In this document: positions 25,430-39,567 of the stretch, piece after piece
Layout: every line of letters starts with the position of its first letter
How positions within the stretch are numbered: the first letter of the stretch is position 1
Assembly (NCBI GenBank): GCA_951406725.2
Contig: OX597816.1
Span: 54,994,001-55,058,000, forward strand
Direction: 5' to 3'
From: Octopus vulgaris
Taxonomy: Eukaryota
Length of the DNA stretch: 64,000 bases
Program-made: the position numbers and the translations under genes
Notes under the pieces: model-generated
What the model saw: the letters and a program-made list of their open reading frames with translations, nothing else
The model's database searches: none
Told to the model about the DNA's origin: nothing

Positions 25430-28400
25430 TTGCATCAACAATTTTTTGCCTAGAGATTTCATTGCCTATTTTTCCTATATTTTTAAAAACATTTTTGGCC
25501 TACATTGTTTTATTACCTATTTTTGGCCTATATTTTGTATCAACTCATTTTCGCCTATATTTTTCTCAACTATATTTTGCCTTACTTCTCAACTGCATTT
25601 TGCCTATAGTTTTGTCTGTATGTTTTGCCATTTCATAAAACAATATAGGCAAAATAACTAAATAGCAAACATATTTGATAAAAAATATAGAGCTAAAAAT
25701 ATAAGGAAAGAAAATATAAGTCTATAAAATATAGGCGAAAAATTCATGAAACAATATACACAAAAATAGTTGATAAAAATGTAGGCAAATATATATTATA
25801 TTGGCAAAGTCCAGTTCCTATATAGGCTAAAACCATAAGCAAAAACTATATGCTAAAAGCTATTGGCAACACTATAGGCTAAAATCTATAAGCAAGAAAG
25901 TGTTCACACTTGATAAAAAATACAGGCAAAAATATAGGCTGAAAACTATAGGGAAGAAAAGTTCACTTTTAATAATATGAATAACTATAGATAAGTACAG
26001 GGATAAGTGTTTTTTCGTCCTTGTGCCTATAGTTGTGAGTAAAAATTATTTTCCAGTTCTTGTGCCTATGTTTATGAGGATAAGTGCTTGTTTTAGTCAA
26101 TGAGGTTATAATTGTGAAGATAAGTGTTTTTTTATTTGTTTTTGAGGATAAGTGTATTTTAGTCCTTGTGCCTATACTTGTTAGATTACCTGTTTTTAGC
26201 CCTTGTGCCTATAGTTGTGAGCATAAGTGTTTTTCAGTCATTGTGCCTATTCTTCTTAAGATAAGGGTTTTTAGTCGATGTACCTATAGTTAGGCTGATA
26301 AGTGTTTTTCTAGCCCTTGTGCCTATAGTTGTGAGGATAAGTGTTTTTTTGTCCTTGTGCCTCTAGTTATGAGGGAAAATGTTTTTTCAGCCTTTGTGTC
26401 TCTAGTTATGAGGATAAGTGTTTGTTTAATACCTTGAGTCTATTATTGTGATGATAAGTGTGTTTTAATCCTTGTGCCTATAGTTGCGCGCATAAGTGTT
26501 TGTTTTAGTCCTTGTGCCTATAGTTTTGAGGATAAGTGTTTTTTACTCCTTGTTCCTATAGTTGTGACGAAAAGTGTTTTCTTAGTACTCGTGCGTATAC
26601 TTGTGAGGATAATGGTTTTTAGTCCTTGTGCCTACATTGGTGAGGATAAGTGTATTTTAGTCCTGCCTATAGGCCATGAAATAAGGTTCCCGGTTGATCT
26701 TTTGATGGGAAGACCACCGGGGAAGGAGCTGCCCAATGAAACCGCCAGCTATGTGAAACATCTGCGAGAGGCTGACTGAGTACACCAAGTTAGAGAGGCT
26801 CTGAAGTTTTCGCGTGAAGTGATGAAGCGTCGGCCTTTATTTTGTATCAACAATTTTTACCTAGATTTTTCATTGCCTATTTTTTCCTATATTTTTTAAA
26901 ACATTTCTGGCCTACATTGTTTTATCAACTATTTTTGCCTATATTTTTTATTTACTGATTTTCGCCTATATTTTTTATTTACTGATTTTCGCCTATATTT
27001 TGCCTACATCTTTTCTCAACTATTGTTTGCCTACTTCTCAACTACTTTTTGCCTATAGTTTTATCTATATTTTTGCCATTTCATAAAACAGTATATAGAA
27101 AATAGTTCATGAAAAAATAGGCAACTAAATAGCAAACATAGTTGAGGAAAAGTATAAAGTAAAACAATATACGCAAAATAGTTGATAAAATATGTGTTAT
27201 ATTATAACATAAAACAATAAAGCTAAAAAAAGAAGGCTAAAAAATAGCAAAAACTATACGCTAAAATCTATAGGCAAAACTGTAGACAAAAATATATAGG
27301 GAGCGAAAACGTATAGGCAAACTATAGGCTAAACTTTATAGGGAAGTTCGGGTTTGATTAATAATAAGTATAGGCAAAATCGATAGGCTAAAACTATAGG
27401 CAAAATAATGGCTAAAACTATCGGCGAAAAAACTATAGGCAAATTATAGTTGACAAATCTATAGACAGAACTATAGGCAAAACTATATGCTTAAATTTCT
27501 ATAGCCAAGATATAGGCAAAACCATAGGCTAAAAACTATAGGCAGAACTATAGGCTAGAAACTATAGTTAAATTATAAGCTGAATTTACCATACGCAAGC
27601 TATATTCTAAAACTATAAACAGAACCATAAATTATATGGCTTATAGTTGACAAAACCTATAGGCAAACTATAGGCAACAGATACCTTAGGCTAAAAAAGT
27701 AAATTCTATAACCAAACTAAAACTATAGGCAGACTGAAATTATTATAGGCAAAATGTAGGCTAAAATTATAGGCAAGACAGAACTATAGGCTAAAACTAT
27801 AATCTAAAGTTATAAGGCTGAGCTATTTTATAGGCTTAACCATAAGCAACTATAGGCGAACTATAGGCTGAATTTACTATAAACAAACTAGTGGCTAAAA
27901 CTATAGGCAGAACTATATACTAGACACCAGTATAGACTCAGGCAAAACTGTAGGCGATAAAACTATAGGCTAAAATTATAGACTAAAAAACTATAGACCG
28001 TTTAGCCTATAGTTTTTGTCGCATATAGATCTCTATAATTTCAGCCTATAGTTTTTGTCGCCTACAGTTTTGCCTATGTATATTTACTAGAGTTTAGCGT
28101 ATCAGTTTGCCTATTTGTCTAGCCTATAGTTTGTCTATAGCAATTCAGCCTATAGTTTGCCTATAGTTGCTTAAGTTTATAGTTGTGTCTATATAGTTTT
28201 AGCCTATAGTTTCCCTATAGTTTGCCTATAGTAAATTCAGCCTATAGATTTAGATATAGTTTGCATATCGTTTTTAGCCTATAGTTCCTTCTACAGTTTT
28301 AGCCTATAGTTCCGCCTACAGTTTTAGCCTATAGTTTTGCCTATAGTTTTAGCCTATAAATTTGTCGCCTATAATTTGCCTATAGTTTTAGCCATTATTT

Positions 28401-28843
28401 GACCTATAGTTTTTGCCCATAATTTTTGCCTATATTTATTATTTATCAAACGTGAACTTTCTTCCCTATACATTTTAGCCTATAGTTTGCCTATATGTTT
28501 TCGCGTATAGCTTCAGCCTATAGTTCTTGCCTATGGTTGCCTTTATGGAACTTAGCCTATAGTGTTCCCTATATTTGTATCGAATGTGAATCTTCTTCCT
28601 TATATATTTTAGTCCACAGTTTTGCCTATAGCTTTTAAGCGTATATATTTTGCTATGTTTTTTTATCAGCTATATTGTTTTATAATATGATATAATATAT
28701 ATTTTATCATTTATTTTTGCGTATATTGTTTTATGAATTTTTCGCCTATATTTTTATAGCCTTATATTTACTTTCAATATATTTTTAGCTCTATACTTAT
28801 TATCAAATATGTTAGCTATTTGGTTGCCTATTTATTCATGAAC

Positions 28844-28917
<74 letters not shown>

Positions 28918-31900
28918 TTATGAAATGGCAGAAAATGTAGTTGAGAAGTAGGCAAACAATATTTGAGAAAATATGTGGGCAAAATATAGTTGAAAAAAAT
29001 ACAGGCGAAAAAGAGTAGATAAATTTATAGGCAAACAATAGTTGAGAAAAGATGTAGGCAAAATATAGGCGAAAATCAGTAAATAAAAAATATAGGCAAA
29101 AATAGTTGATAAAACAATGTAGGCCAGAAATGTTTTTAAAAATATAGGAAAAAATAGGCAATGAAAAATCTAGGTAAAAATTGTTGATACAAAATAAAGG
29201 TCGACGCTTCATCACTTCACGCGAAAACTTCAGAACCTCTTTAACTTGGTGTACTTTTCGGCACAACTATAGGAACAAGGAGTAAAAAACACTTATCCTC
29301 ATAACTATAGGCACAAGGACAAGAAACACTTATCCTCACAGCTATAGCAACAATGACGAAAAAACACTTATCCGCACAACCAGAGGCACAAAGTCCTAAA
29401 AGCACTTATCCTCACAACCTTAGGCACAAGGTGTAAAAACACTTATCCGCGAAACTATAGGCTCAAAAACTGAGAATTCTTATCGTCACAACTATAGGGA
29501 CAAGCACTAAAAACACTTATCCTCACAACTATAGGCACAAGGACCAAAAAACAATTATCCTCACAACTATAGGCACATCACTTATCCTCATAACTATAGG
29601 TAGAAAGACTAAAAACACTTAATTTAACAAGTATAGGCACAGCGACAACAAAAGTCTTATCCTCACAACTATTGGCAGAAGGACTAAAAAACACTTATCC
29701 TCACGACTTTAGGCACAAGGCACAAGGACCAAAACACTTAACCTAAGAAGTATAGGCAAAAGAACTGAAAAGTACTTATCCTCACAACTATAGGCACAAG
29801 GACTAAAATCACCTTAGCTAACTAGTATAGGCACAAGGACTAAAATACACTTATCCTAACAAGTAAAGGCACAAGGACTAAAACATGTTAACTAACAAGT
29901 ATAGGCACAAAGACTAAAATACACTTATCCTCACAATTATAGGCAAAATGACAGAATACAAACTTATCCTCCCAACTATAGGCACAAAGACTAAAAAATA
30001 CACTTATCCACTGCTGACCTAAAGGATGCGAAGAGTCCTTTGTCTCTATGGCTGACCTCCCCACCATCTACCGAATCTATTTAAAGACCTGTAGAATATG
30101 ATCTAATCACCAAACTGCTACCATCTTCTCTCTAAAACAATGGTGGTGGTGGTGATGGTAATAATGATAAAAATAAAAATAATAATACTATGCTGCAGCT
30201 GCTAATGCTAAATACTACTAACACTACATTAACACTACAACTACTACTATTATGATAGCACAGAAATCTGAGGCACTCTACCACTCTTACCATAACCACC
30301 ACCCACACCACTGCTGCTGTTGCTACAACTACCGCTGTTACTACAAATAAAAACAATAATACCAGTGATATCAGTGATGATGATAATAATAATAATACTG
30401 AAAGGAAACTGGTGGAATCTCCTTATGGGCTAATAATGATTCATCTAGTGATGGTGTCACAATAAAAACGCTGGTAATTACGCAACCGGATAATCGCTAC
30501 TTCATATGAGTGACAATGAAAAAACAAAATATTGTGAATAACGGTAGAAATGAAAATGAAGCCAATGGTGGCAGTTTTACACCCGGTAGGCTTCAATCTC
30601 TATAGCCACGCTATAGGCAAAATTATAGGCTAAAACTATCGGCAGAACTATAGGCTAAAAGCTATACACAAACTATAGCTTAAACTATAGGCTGCATTTA
30701 CTATACGCAAGCTATAGGCTAAAACTATAGACAGAACAATAAACAAACTCTTGGCTAAACTATAGGCAAAACTATAGGTGACAAAACCTATAGGCAAACT
30801 ATAGGCGAAAGAAACCAGGGGATAAAAAAGTAAATACTATAATCAAGCTCTAGGCAAAACTATAAGCTAAAACTATAGGCAGACTAAAATTATTATATGC
30901 AAAATATAGGCTAAAACTGTAGGCCGATCTTTAGCCGACAAAGACTATAGACCAAAACTATAGACAGAACGATAGGCTAACACGATAGGCTAAGCAGAGC
31001 TATAGACAAACTATAGGCTTAACTATAAGCAAAGCTATAGGCAAACTATAGGCTGAATTTACTATAGACAAACTAAAGGCTAAATACGCTCAAAACTATC
31101 TATAGGCTTATATTAGCCTATAGCTTTTGTCGCCTATAGATCTCTATAATTTCAGCTTATAGTAAATTCATCCTATAGTTTGCCTATAGTTTGCCTATAG
31201 TTAAGCCTATAGTTTGTCTATAACTGTGTCTATAGTTTTAGCCTATAGTTCTGTCTAGAGCTTGCCTATATTTTTAATCAATAGACTGTCGCCTATATAG
31301 TTAAATATCTGCTTATAGTTTTAGCCTATATTTTGCCTAAAATAATTTCAGTCTGCCTATAGTTTTAGCCTATAGTTTTGCCTATAGCTTGGTTGTAGTA
31401 TTTACTTTTTAGCCTATGGTTTATGTCGCCTATAGTTTGCCTATAGGTTTTGTCACCTATAGTTCTGCCTATAGTTTTAGCCAACAGTTTGTTTATAGTT
31501 CTATAGTTTTAACCTATAGTTTGCGTATAGTAATTTCAGCCTATAATTTTAGCTATAGTTTGCCTATAGTTTTTAGCCTATAGTTCTGCCTATAGTTTTA
31601 GCACATAGTTCTGCCTATAGATTTAGCCTATTGTATTGCCTATAGCTTTGCATATAGTTTTGCATATTGTTTTAGTTCATAGATTTGTCGCCTATAGTTT
31701 TCTTTTAGATTCCTATAGATTTAAATATTATTTTGCCTATAGTTTTAGCCTATAGATTTTGCCTTTATTTATTATTTATCGAACGTGAACTTTTCTTCCC
31801 TCTAGATTTTAGCCTATAGTTTGCCTATACGTTTTCTCGTATAACTTCAGCCTATAGTTGCCTATGGTTGCCTTTAGTTAAGAGAAGTATTCTTCCTTTT

Positions 31901-32045
31901 GGATTTTAACCTATAATTTTGCCTATATTTGTATCGAATGTGAATCTGCTTCCTTTTAGTCTACAGTTTTGCCTATAGCTTTTAGCGTATAGTTTTTGCT
32001 ATTTTTTAGCCTACTTTTTATCAGCTATATTGTTTTATGATATAA
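25430..32045. repeat. Foldback-like complex of CTATAG-based degenerate repeats
   Basis: ~10-12-bp AAAACTATAGGC units and ~36-bp TTGTGCCTATAGTTGTGAGGATAAGTG units with orientation switches near 28000 and 31110. Confidence 0.85.
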
Positions 32046-32049
32046 TATC

Positions 32050-34039
32050 AAATAAATGCCGACCAAGGAACAGCAAAGTAGTTGACATTGGGTAGGACAG
32101 TGCTTTGCCTGAAAAACATCGAAACAGGCAATACGGTAGACAATTGGAGGCCGATATCCTGTTTGCCACTTATGTGGAAATTATCGACTGAAATACTCAC
32201 AGAGTCAATGTATGAACAGGAAAAAATGGAGTCCTGCCACATGAGCAGAAGGGTTGCACGCGTAAGTGCATTGGTACTAAGGATCAACTCATGATAGGCT
32301 GAAGTTATACTTAGAGATAACAAGAGAATGAAAAAGTAACTTAGCCATGTCATGGATCGACTATCGTAAGGCGTGCGATGTGATCCCACATTCTTGGATT
32401 ATGGAGTGTATGAAACTGTTTGGGACTGCACCGAATGTTGAGCGATTGCTTGGAAAAAGTATGGCGAATTGGAGGACGGAGATGACAGCATACGGAAGAC
32501 CATTTGTACTGTGCTTGATTCCACTAACACTGATTCTGAGGAAAGCAAACGTTGGTCATGTATTCAAAAACCACCAGCACAAGGTCAACCATTTGTTATT
32601 CTGGGATGACCTGAAACTTTATGGTAGTGATGATGCCCAAGTCAGTTCCCTCGTTGATATGGTGTATACTTTCAGTGCTGATATCAGAATGGAATTCGGA
32701 CTGAGCAAGTGTGGTGTGTTAGTACTGAAGAGAGGCAATATCAAAAGTATGGATGGGCTAACGATACTGTCGGGGGAGGTTATGAAGTAGATAGAAGAAA
32801 CGGGCTATCATTACTTGGGGATTTTGGGACTGGATAAATTGATGGAGAAAGAAATGGCAGAAAAATTTAAGGTGGAGTACTTGCGTAGACTGAGACTGAT
32901 CCTTAAGTCGAAATTAAATGGACGGAATAAGATCGAAGCTATCAACACCTGGGTGTTTTCACTCCTTAGATATAGAGGAGGGTAATCGCATGAACAGTAG
33001 ACGAACTAAATAGCTTAGACAGAAAGACAAGGAAGTTACTAACTAGATATGGGTCACTCCACCCAAACATTGACACAGACAGACTGTATTATGTACTAAG
33101 AAAAAGAGGAGCAAGAAGACTAATTAGATGCGAATACAGCATTAGAGCAGGAGAAAACCACATATCATGGTATGTAGAAAATGCCACAGAAACGCTGTTA
33201 TTAGAAGTAAGAAGGTCAGGCTTGTATAGGTTGAAATATTGTAAAGATAAATCACTATACAAGGAATTGAAAACGAATGAAACGGAAAATAAGTGGGTAA
33301 AGAAAATAATGCATGGTCAATTTCATAGGGATGTTGAAGATAAGATAGACAGAGAAAAAAGATGGCTGAGGAGGACTAAAAGTGATTTAAAACCGGAAAC
33401 AGAGGCTCTAAGCTGTGCTGCCCAAGAGCAAACACTAAGAACAAACTATATAAAATACAGAATCGACAACACAGCAGAAAGTGATAAGTGCAGAATCTGT
33501 GGACAAAACGGTGAAAGTGTATGGCATATTACTAGCCAATGTACATCACTAGCCCAGAAGGAATATAAGAGACGCCACGACAATATAGCCAGGTTTGTCC
33601 ACTGGACACTTTGCAACAAGTATGGACTTGACAGGGCAAAAAGTTTGGTACGACCACAAATCTGAAGGCATCGTCGAAAATAGAAATACAAAGATCCTAT
33701 GGGATTTTTTGATTCTGTGTGACCATGAAATAGAGAATAGGAAGCCGGACATAGTATTAATTGAGAAAGAAAACAAACTATGCTGGATCATAGATATAGC
33801 ATGCCCAGCTGACAACAAGGTATGCGATAAGGAAGAAAGAAAAGGTGAGAGATATGACAGGTTAGCTTGGGAAGTTAAGCAATTACCAACATGGTGGAAA
33901 AAGATCAGTGCAAGTGTGAAGGTAGAATACTTCAAGAATTCTTCGACTGTTCTTGAAGCATGACCAGTAAACAAGTGTCATCTGCGGACAGCTGACACTT
34001 TCCATCATACCCAGCAAAAGAAGCTGTGAGTTTTTGACA

Positions 34040-34094
<55 letters not shown>

Positions 34095-34105
34095 GTAATA
34101 ATAAT
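32050..34105 (+). mobile_element. RLE-type (R4/Dong-like) LINE, 5'-truncated and decayed, with (TAA)n tail
   Basis: WIDYRKA.D..PH, HLLFWDDLKLY, CRICG..ESVWHITSQC, RHDN, KPDIV..D; ends in TAA repeats. Confidence 0.88.
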
Positions 34106-34128
34106 GATGATGGTGATGATGGTGATGG

Positions 34129-34184
<56 letters not shown>

Positions 34185-34264
34185 CCGTGAAGCACTGAAG
34201 TATGTAATTTCGAGTACCAGAATTAATGATAAAAAACGAGACTGTAAACGCATGAATGATTTAC

Positions 34265-34366
34265 CTTTAGGCGAAAACATATGACTGTCATTAGATTGTC
34301 ACCAATGAGTTCAAATTTGTCGTCTTTTTTTATCAAATGCTTAAACTTGTGGGCCAGTTTTATATC
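34265..34366 (-). CDS. Gene A penultimate coding exon
   Basis: tctcag|DIKLAHKFKHLIKKDDKFELIGDNLMTVICFRLK|gtaaat; 102 nt; CFRLK motif. Confidence 0.92.
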
Positions 34367-35200
34367 CTGAGAAGAACAAATATGAAAGGAAATGATTTAA
34401 TGAGAGAAAACAATAATATTCAGAAACAAGTCCTTCATGATAGCGTCGCAGGTGTCTTTAATTGTGAATGGATTGTATGTTTCTATATGAGTGTGAAGAC
34501 ATTATTGGAATAACAGTTAAATAACCAGGGGAAGCATATAAACTTTTAAATAACCTCAGTGTTATATGGTAAATAAATGTTGACAATATCTATTTACATA
34601 TCTGTGCATCTCTTCACTTGATTAATGCTAACCACTTTTCTTTTAACCGACATGTTCCCTTAAACTAGCGTTTTAGTTTAGGGCAATTTTTTAAGTATGG
34701 ATTAGTCGGTTCCATTGATGGCAAGCACGCAAGCATATCATGCACAAGTTTCCATTAATTTTATTCTTAGATTTTAATAATTTTACATTATTTATCCTTA
34801 TTTTCCGCACTCTGAGGTCGTTCAATTTTTACTGTAATTATCTGTCTGTTATGAAAATATGACCATCATTTCAGACTTTTTCTTCCCGAACTTTACTGTT
34901 GCTTATCAAATCCGAGTTCATACAGAGAAGCTTATAAATACAGTTCCGAGATGTTGAGATAAATTTAACTCTAGACTAGAAATTTGGAAGAGAAATGAAT
35001 TTTGGCGATCAACAGCTGTCCTATTTCAGCGTATTTCATCAATTTGTCACATGAATTGTTAGTTAATATAGGATGTCATAGCAATAACAGACTTTATAAA
35101 CATAGACCAGATGACTGATGTCATAATGGAGTCAGTAAAGATTTTCCCTAGAATAAGAAGCTATTAACAGAATGATTCTAGTATACAAAACAAAGCTCAC

Positions 35201-35299
35201 GTTTCTGATGAGTTCCTGAAGTCTGTATATCCCAAAGAGTCGTAAAACAAACCAGAGTTTCAGAGATCGAAACGAACGTCCACAAGGAATTTGCCAGGA
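35201..35299 (-). CDS. Gene A exon
   Basis: ttgtag|[33 protein letters not shown]|gtgagc; 99 nt; compare DDC HWQIPLGRRFRSLK. Confidence 0.93.
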
Positions 35300-35499
35300 C
35301 TACAATGTACAACATTTAACAAATCAATAATAAGAGATACTTTTTTTAGTATTTGGTTTCAACAAAATTACAAGAACATGCAAGCCACACGCGCGCGCTC
35401 TCGTATGAACACATTATTACATGTACATAATGGACTCTCGTTGTATTCGACGCACAAAAGTCAAAGAATTGGACTTTCATTTTTACTCCAGATTTTGGC

Positions 35500-36175
35500 T
35501 TTTGTGTCTTCTGTTAGACGCTAAACCTGCTTGTTCTTTGCAAACCAGACGGCATCCTTTGCACACAGAACTGCATTCTTTTGAGTTATGCGCTCAACCC
35601 TTCTATCGAAATGGCTCATGATGCCACTTTGAGAGATTTTCCTCCATCTGTTACGGCCAACAGCACATTTCTCAAATTCTCGTGCTTCAATTCCAATATG
35701 CTTCGTATATTCCTCTTCAGCTTATTCTTGTATCTAAGAAGGGGTCTTCCTTATATTTCGTACTCCCATTTGAAGATGGCCATAAGTGAGAATTTTCGGT
35801 AGCCTTCCATCATTCATCCAAGCAACATGGCCAGCCCATCTTAACTGAGACAGCATCAAGAAAGCCGTTTTGCTTTGTATGTCACGTTTATGAAACAGCT
35901 GTTCATCAGACATTTTGTCTTTCCATGTGAAACCACAAATATTTCTAAGACATCATTTTGGGAAATTATTTAACTGTTTGATAGGTTTTCTATTTGGTCT
36001 CCACGATTCAGACCCATTCAGCAATGTTGAGATTACAACTGTACAGTAAACTAAGATTATGCTTTCTAAACTCAATTCTCTCACATTGTAGACTTTTACT
36101 CGCTGCTTTCCAAAGACATCACAAGCCTTGGCGATCCTATTTACAATTTCATCATCTAAAGAAGCGCTACAATAG
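35500..36175 (-). mobile_element. RTE-like LINE 3' fragment
   Basis: SLDDEIVNRIAKA..FG, VY..VVISTLLNGSESW. Confidence 0.75.
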
Positions 36176-37023
36176 ATATACAAATCTCCTATACATAGGT
36201 GTTACCCAGATATACGCTCATTTGTGTAACAGTACGTGTATATGCATAAATATGTGTGTACATATTCGGGTATATTTGTGTGACCATGTGTTGCAGCTGT
36301 ATTCCATGATTAAATACATTATAAATAACAGTGACGCGAGTGTGTTTTAGGTAAATATTATGCCACATAACTTACAATAACAAACTGCTTCACGCATTTA
36401 TATGCATATACATACAATGCACTCACAAATACACACACTTGTGTGTGTGTGTGTGTGTGTGTGTGTAGTGTTTGAAGTGGTGTACAGGTGGTGTTTGAAT
36501 GTGCGTATCTACAAAAATGTGCGTATCTACAAACATATATAACAGGAGAGACAGAGAGAGAAAGAGAGAGATAGTTAGAGATAGAGAGAGGCTTTCAAAA
36601 ACAATAACTGAACCAAGAATGACATATTGAATTGTAATTAAATTTCAACAAGTCCACAACATCGATACAATATAATTGAAAAGAAACCTCTTTCTCTCTG
36701 CCATTCCCTTTCATTTTCTTCTTCTTCCTCTTTTTCTTGTCTTTCTCATCGTTCTTCCTAAAATTGACATCTTGAAGGATCATTTAGCGCCAGCCACCTG
36801 TTAGTCAACACAGACGCTTTCCTTCACTTTCTACTCACTCCTCCACTCCTCCCTTCCTTCCTCTTTCTTCTTTCTCCTCTTCTAAACACTCAAAATAACA
36901 TACGCACACACATACACGTACACATACATATTTTTTAATCCTAATGTTTAACTTAACAAGCATGTTAATATGCATGTAATGAGGGAAGAGGAGGGAGAAA
37001 GGAAGAGAGGTATTCGAAAAGAA

Positions 37024-37440
37024 GGATCTTTTCGGTTTGAACGGCAGTTTTTTCTAGCGGTCCCATATGAAATTGTCACCCATAATTATGACCCTAGTAT
37101 CGATCTATTGCATTTCAATCTGTTTTAGGGTTAGGGTTAGGGGTGGGGGAAGGGTATCTTTTGTTCTTCAGAAATGTAAATAAACCCAATCTGTCTCTTA
37201 AACGAGGGACATATTCATATGGCACAGAATGTTTTCACCTCAATAGACGTCATTGATTGGTAGAAATTGCAGAAATTGAAGAAAAAAAACAGTAAATATC
37301 TTACAAACTATAGAACTTTCTCAATAAAGCCAAGAGAAAAACATGTTTAATAAACACATTCTACCAGTATACGAAGTTTAAAAGTGTTCAGTTACGTGGG
37401 AATTATTTTAAAAAAACTGCCGGTCAAACCGAAAAGATCC
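37024..37440. mobile_element. MITE with 29-bp TIRs
   Basis: GGATCTTTTCGGTTTGAACGGCAGTTTTT / AAAAACTGCCGGTCAAACCGAAAAGATCC; flanks GAAAAGAA and AAAAAGAA (7/8 putative TSD). Confidence 0.85.
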
Positions 37441-37524
37441 AAAAAGAATGACTGACTCAACAACGACATCTTGAATTGCTGTTAAATTGGTAAAGTGTGG
37501 AAGAATTGGTCAGGAAGAACGAAA

Positions 37525-38680
37525 ATATAAGGCTATAAAATATAGGCGAAAAATTCATGAAACAATATACGCAAAAATAGTTGATAAAAATGTAGACAAA
37601 TATATATTATATTGGCAAAGTCCAGTTCCTAAAACAATATAGGCTAAAACCATAAGCAAAAACTATATGCTAAAAGCTATTGGCAACACTATCGGCAAAA
37701 ATCTATAAGTAAGAAAGTGTTCACATTTGATAAAAAATACAGGCATAATTATAGGAAAAAAATATAGGCTAAAATCTGTAGGGAAGAAAAATTCACTTTT
37801 AATAATATGAATAACTATAGGCAAAAAATATAGGCTAAAAAACTATGGCCGCAAAAACTATAGACAAAATATAGGCTGAAACTAGAGGCAAAAATTATAT
37901 GCTAAAGCTATAGACAAATTATAAACTGCCTATGGTTTCAGCCCATAGTTTTTAACTGGTATGTAATTTCAGCTTATAGTTTTAGCCTATATAATTTCAG
38001 CCTATAGTTTTTGTCGCCTGCAATTTTGCCTAAAGTTTTAGTCTATACATTTTGTCGCCTATAGTTTGCCTATAGTTTAGCATGGAGTTTTAGCGTATAG
38101 TTATCCTATAGTTATTTTAGCCTATAGTTATTTAGCCTACAGTTTTGTCTAAACTGCCTGCCTATATTTTGTCATTTTCAGCCTATAGTTCTTCCTATAG
38201 TTCGCCTATAGTTTTAACCGGTAATGTTTGTGGCCTACATAGTTTGTCTAAAGATATGTCTATATTTTGCCTATAATAATTTCAGTCTACCTATAGTTTT
38301 AGCCTATAGTTTTGCCTATAGATTGATTATAGTATTTACTTTTAGCCTATGGTTTCTGTCGCCCATAGGTTTTGTCACCTATAGTTTTGCCTATAGTTTT
38401 AGCCAATAGTTTGCTTATAGTTTTAGCCATGCCAATAGTAAACTTATGCTCACAACTATAGGCACATGACTAAAAACACGTAATCTAACAAGTATAGGCA
38501 CAAGGACTAAAATACACTTATCCTCAAAAATATAGGTACAAGAAATAAAAAAACACTTATCTTCACAACTATAGCCTCATGGAGTAAAACAAACACTTAT
38601 CCTCATAAACATAGGCACAAGAACTGAAAAATCATTTATACCCACAACTATAGGCCCAAGGACGAAAAAACACTTACCTC
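37525..38680. repeat. Second block of the CTATAG foldback repeat
   Basis: 37525-37815 matches ~25710-25990; 38445-38680 is the reverse complement of ~26000-26260; internal strand switch ~37925. Confidence 0.85.
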
Positions 38681-39129
38681 TATACGTGCATGTGTGTATA
38701 TGTGGCTGTAAGCGTGTGTGCGTATGTATGCACATATATTATGGGTTTGTGTGTTTGTATGTGCATCTGTACACGTGTGGGTGTAAGTGTGTATATATAT
38801 ATATATGTATGCGTATGTGTGTACGTATGTGTGCGCACGCGTGTACCTGTGTGTGTATATGTGTGTGCATGTGTGGGGCGGTCGGTGTGCGTGTAAATAC
38901 AGAGGGTTGCGTATATGTACATGAGCTATATGGGCGCGCGTATGTCCGTGTGCACCTGAACGAGTGAATGTGTGGGCCTGCTGACAAGAGGACCGATGTC
39001 TCTCGTTGTGTATGTGTGCGTGTGTGTCTGGGTGAACACATGTACGCACACGTATACATATGTATGTGTGTGAGTGTCTGTCTGTGCATGTAGCTTAATT
39101 TAGCCAGCCATATAGACTAAAGAGCGGAA

Positions 39130-39560
39130 TATGACCACAGTATTGTGTTTGTCTACTCCAGCCAGTCGCCAAATGCTTGCGCACGTCAAAGCCGTTCAAT
39201 CTGATACCGTAAGCACCCCCTCCATTTACATTAAATTAAAAAAATTTCTTTGCAATCATTTCTTGACCACAACTATAAGCACTCCCATCCCTATTCATAT
39301 TAAATGCTTTGTGTTTTCTTTTATTTCTTTCCTGACCAAATCTTTCTCACTTTACCAAATGGGTCTGAACTGTTAGTATCACACCATCAGCATATAACTT
39401 GAAGCGAAAATGTAGATCTGAGAAATTGTGAAGCATCTTACGTCACCTGACGAAGCTCTCTTGCACTGTGCGTTGCATCTGGTGTTATTACATCGTTCTT
39501 CGTCCACTAGGGAGCAGTGCAGAATGAAGCCAAAACAATTGTTGTGCTAATAAATGCTTT
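39130..39560 (+). mobile_element. Possible Penelope-like 3' relic with decayed hammerhead
   Basis: ORF ending ..FSLYQMGLNC*, then CAC-CTGACGA-AGC...AGCC-AAAAC-AATTGTT-GTG and AATAAA. Confidence 0.45.
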
Positions 39561-39567
39561 CAGTTAC

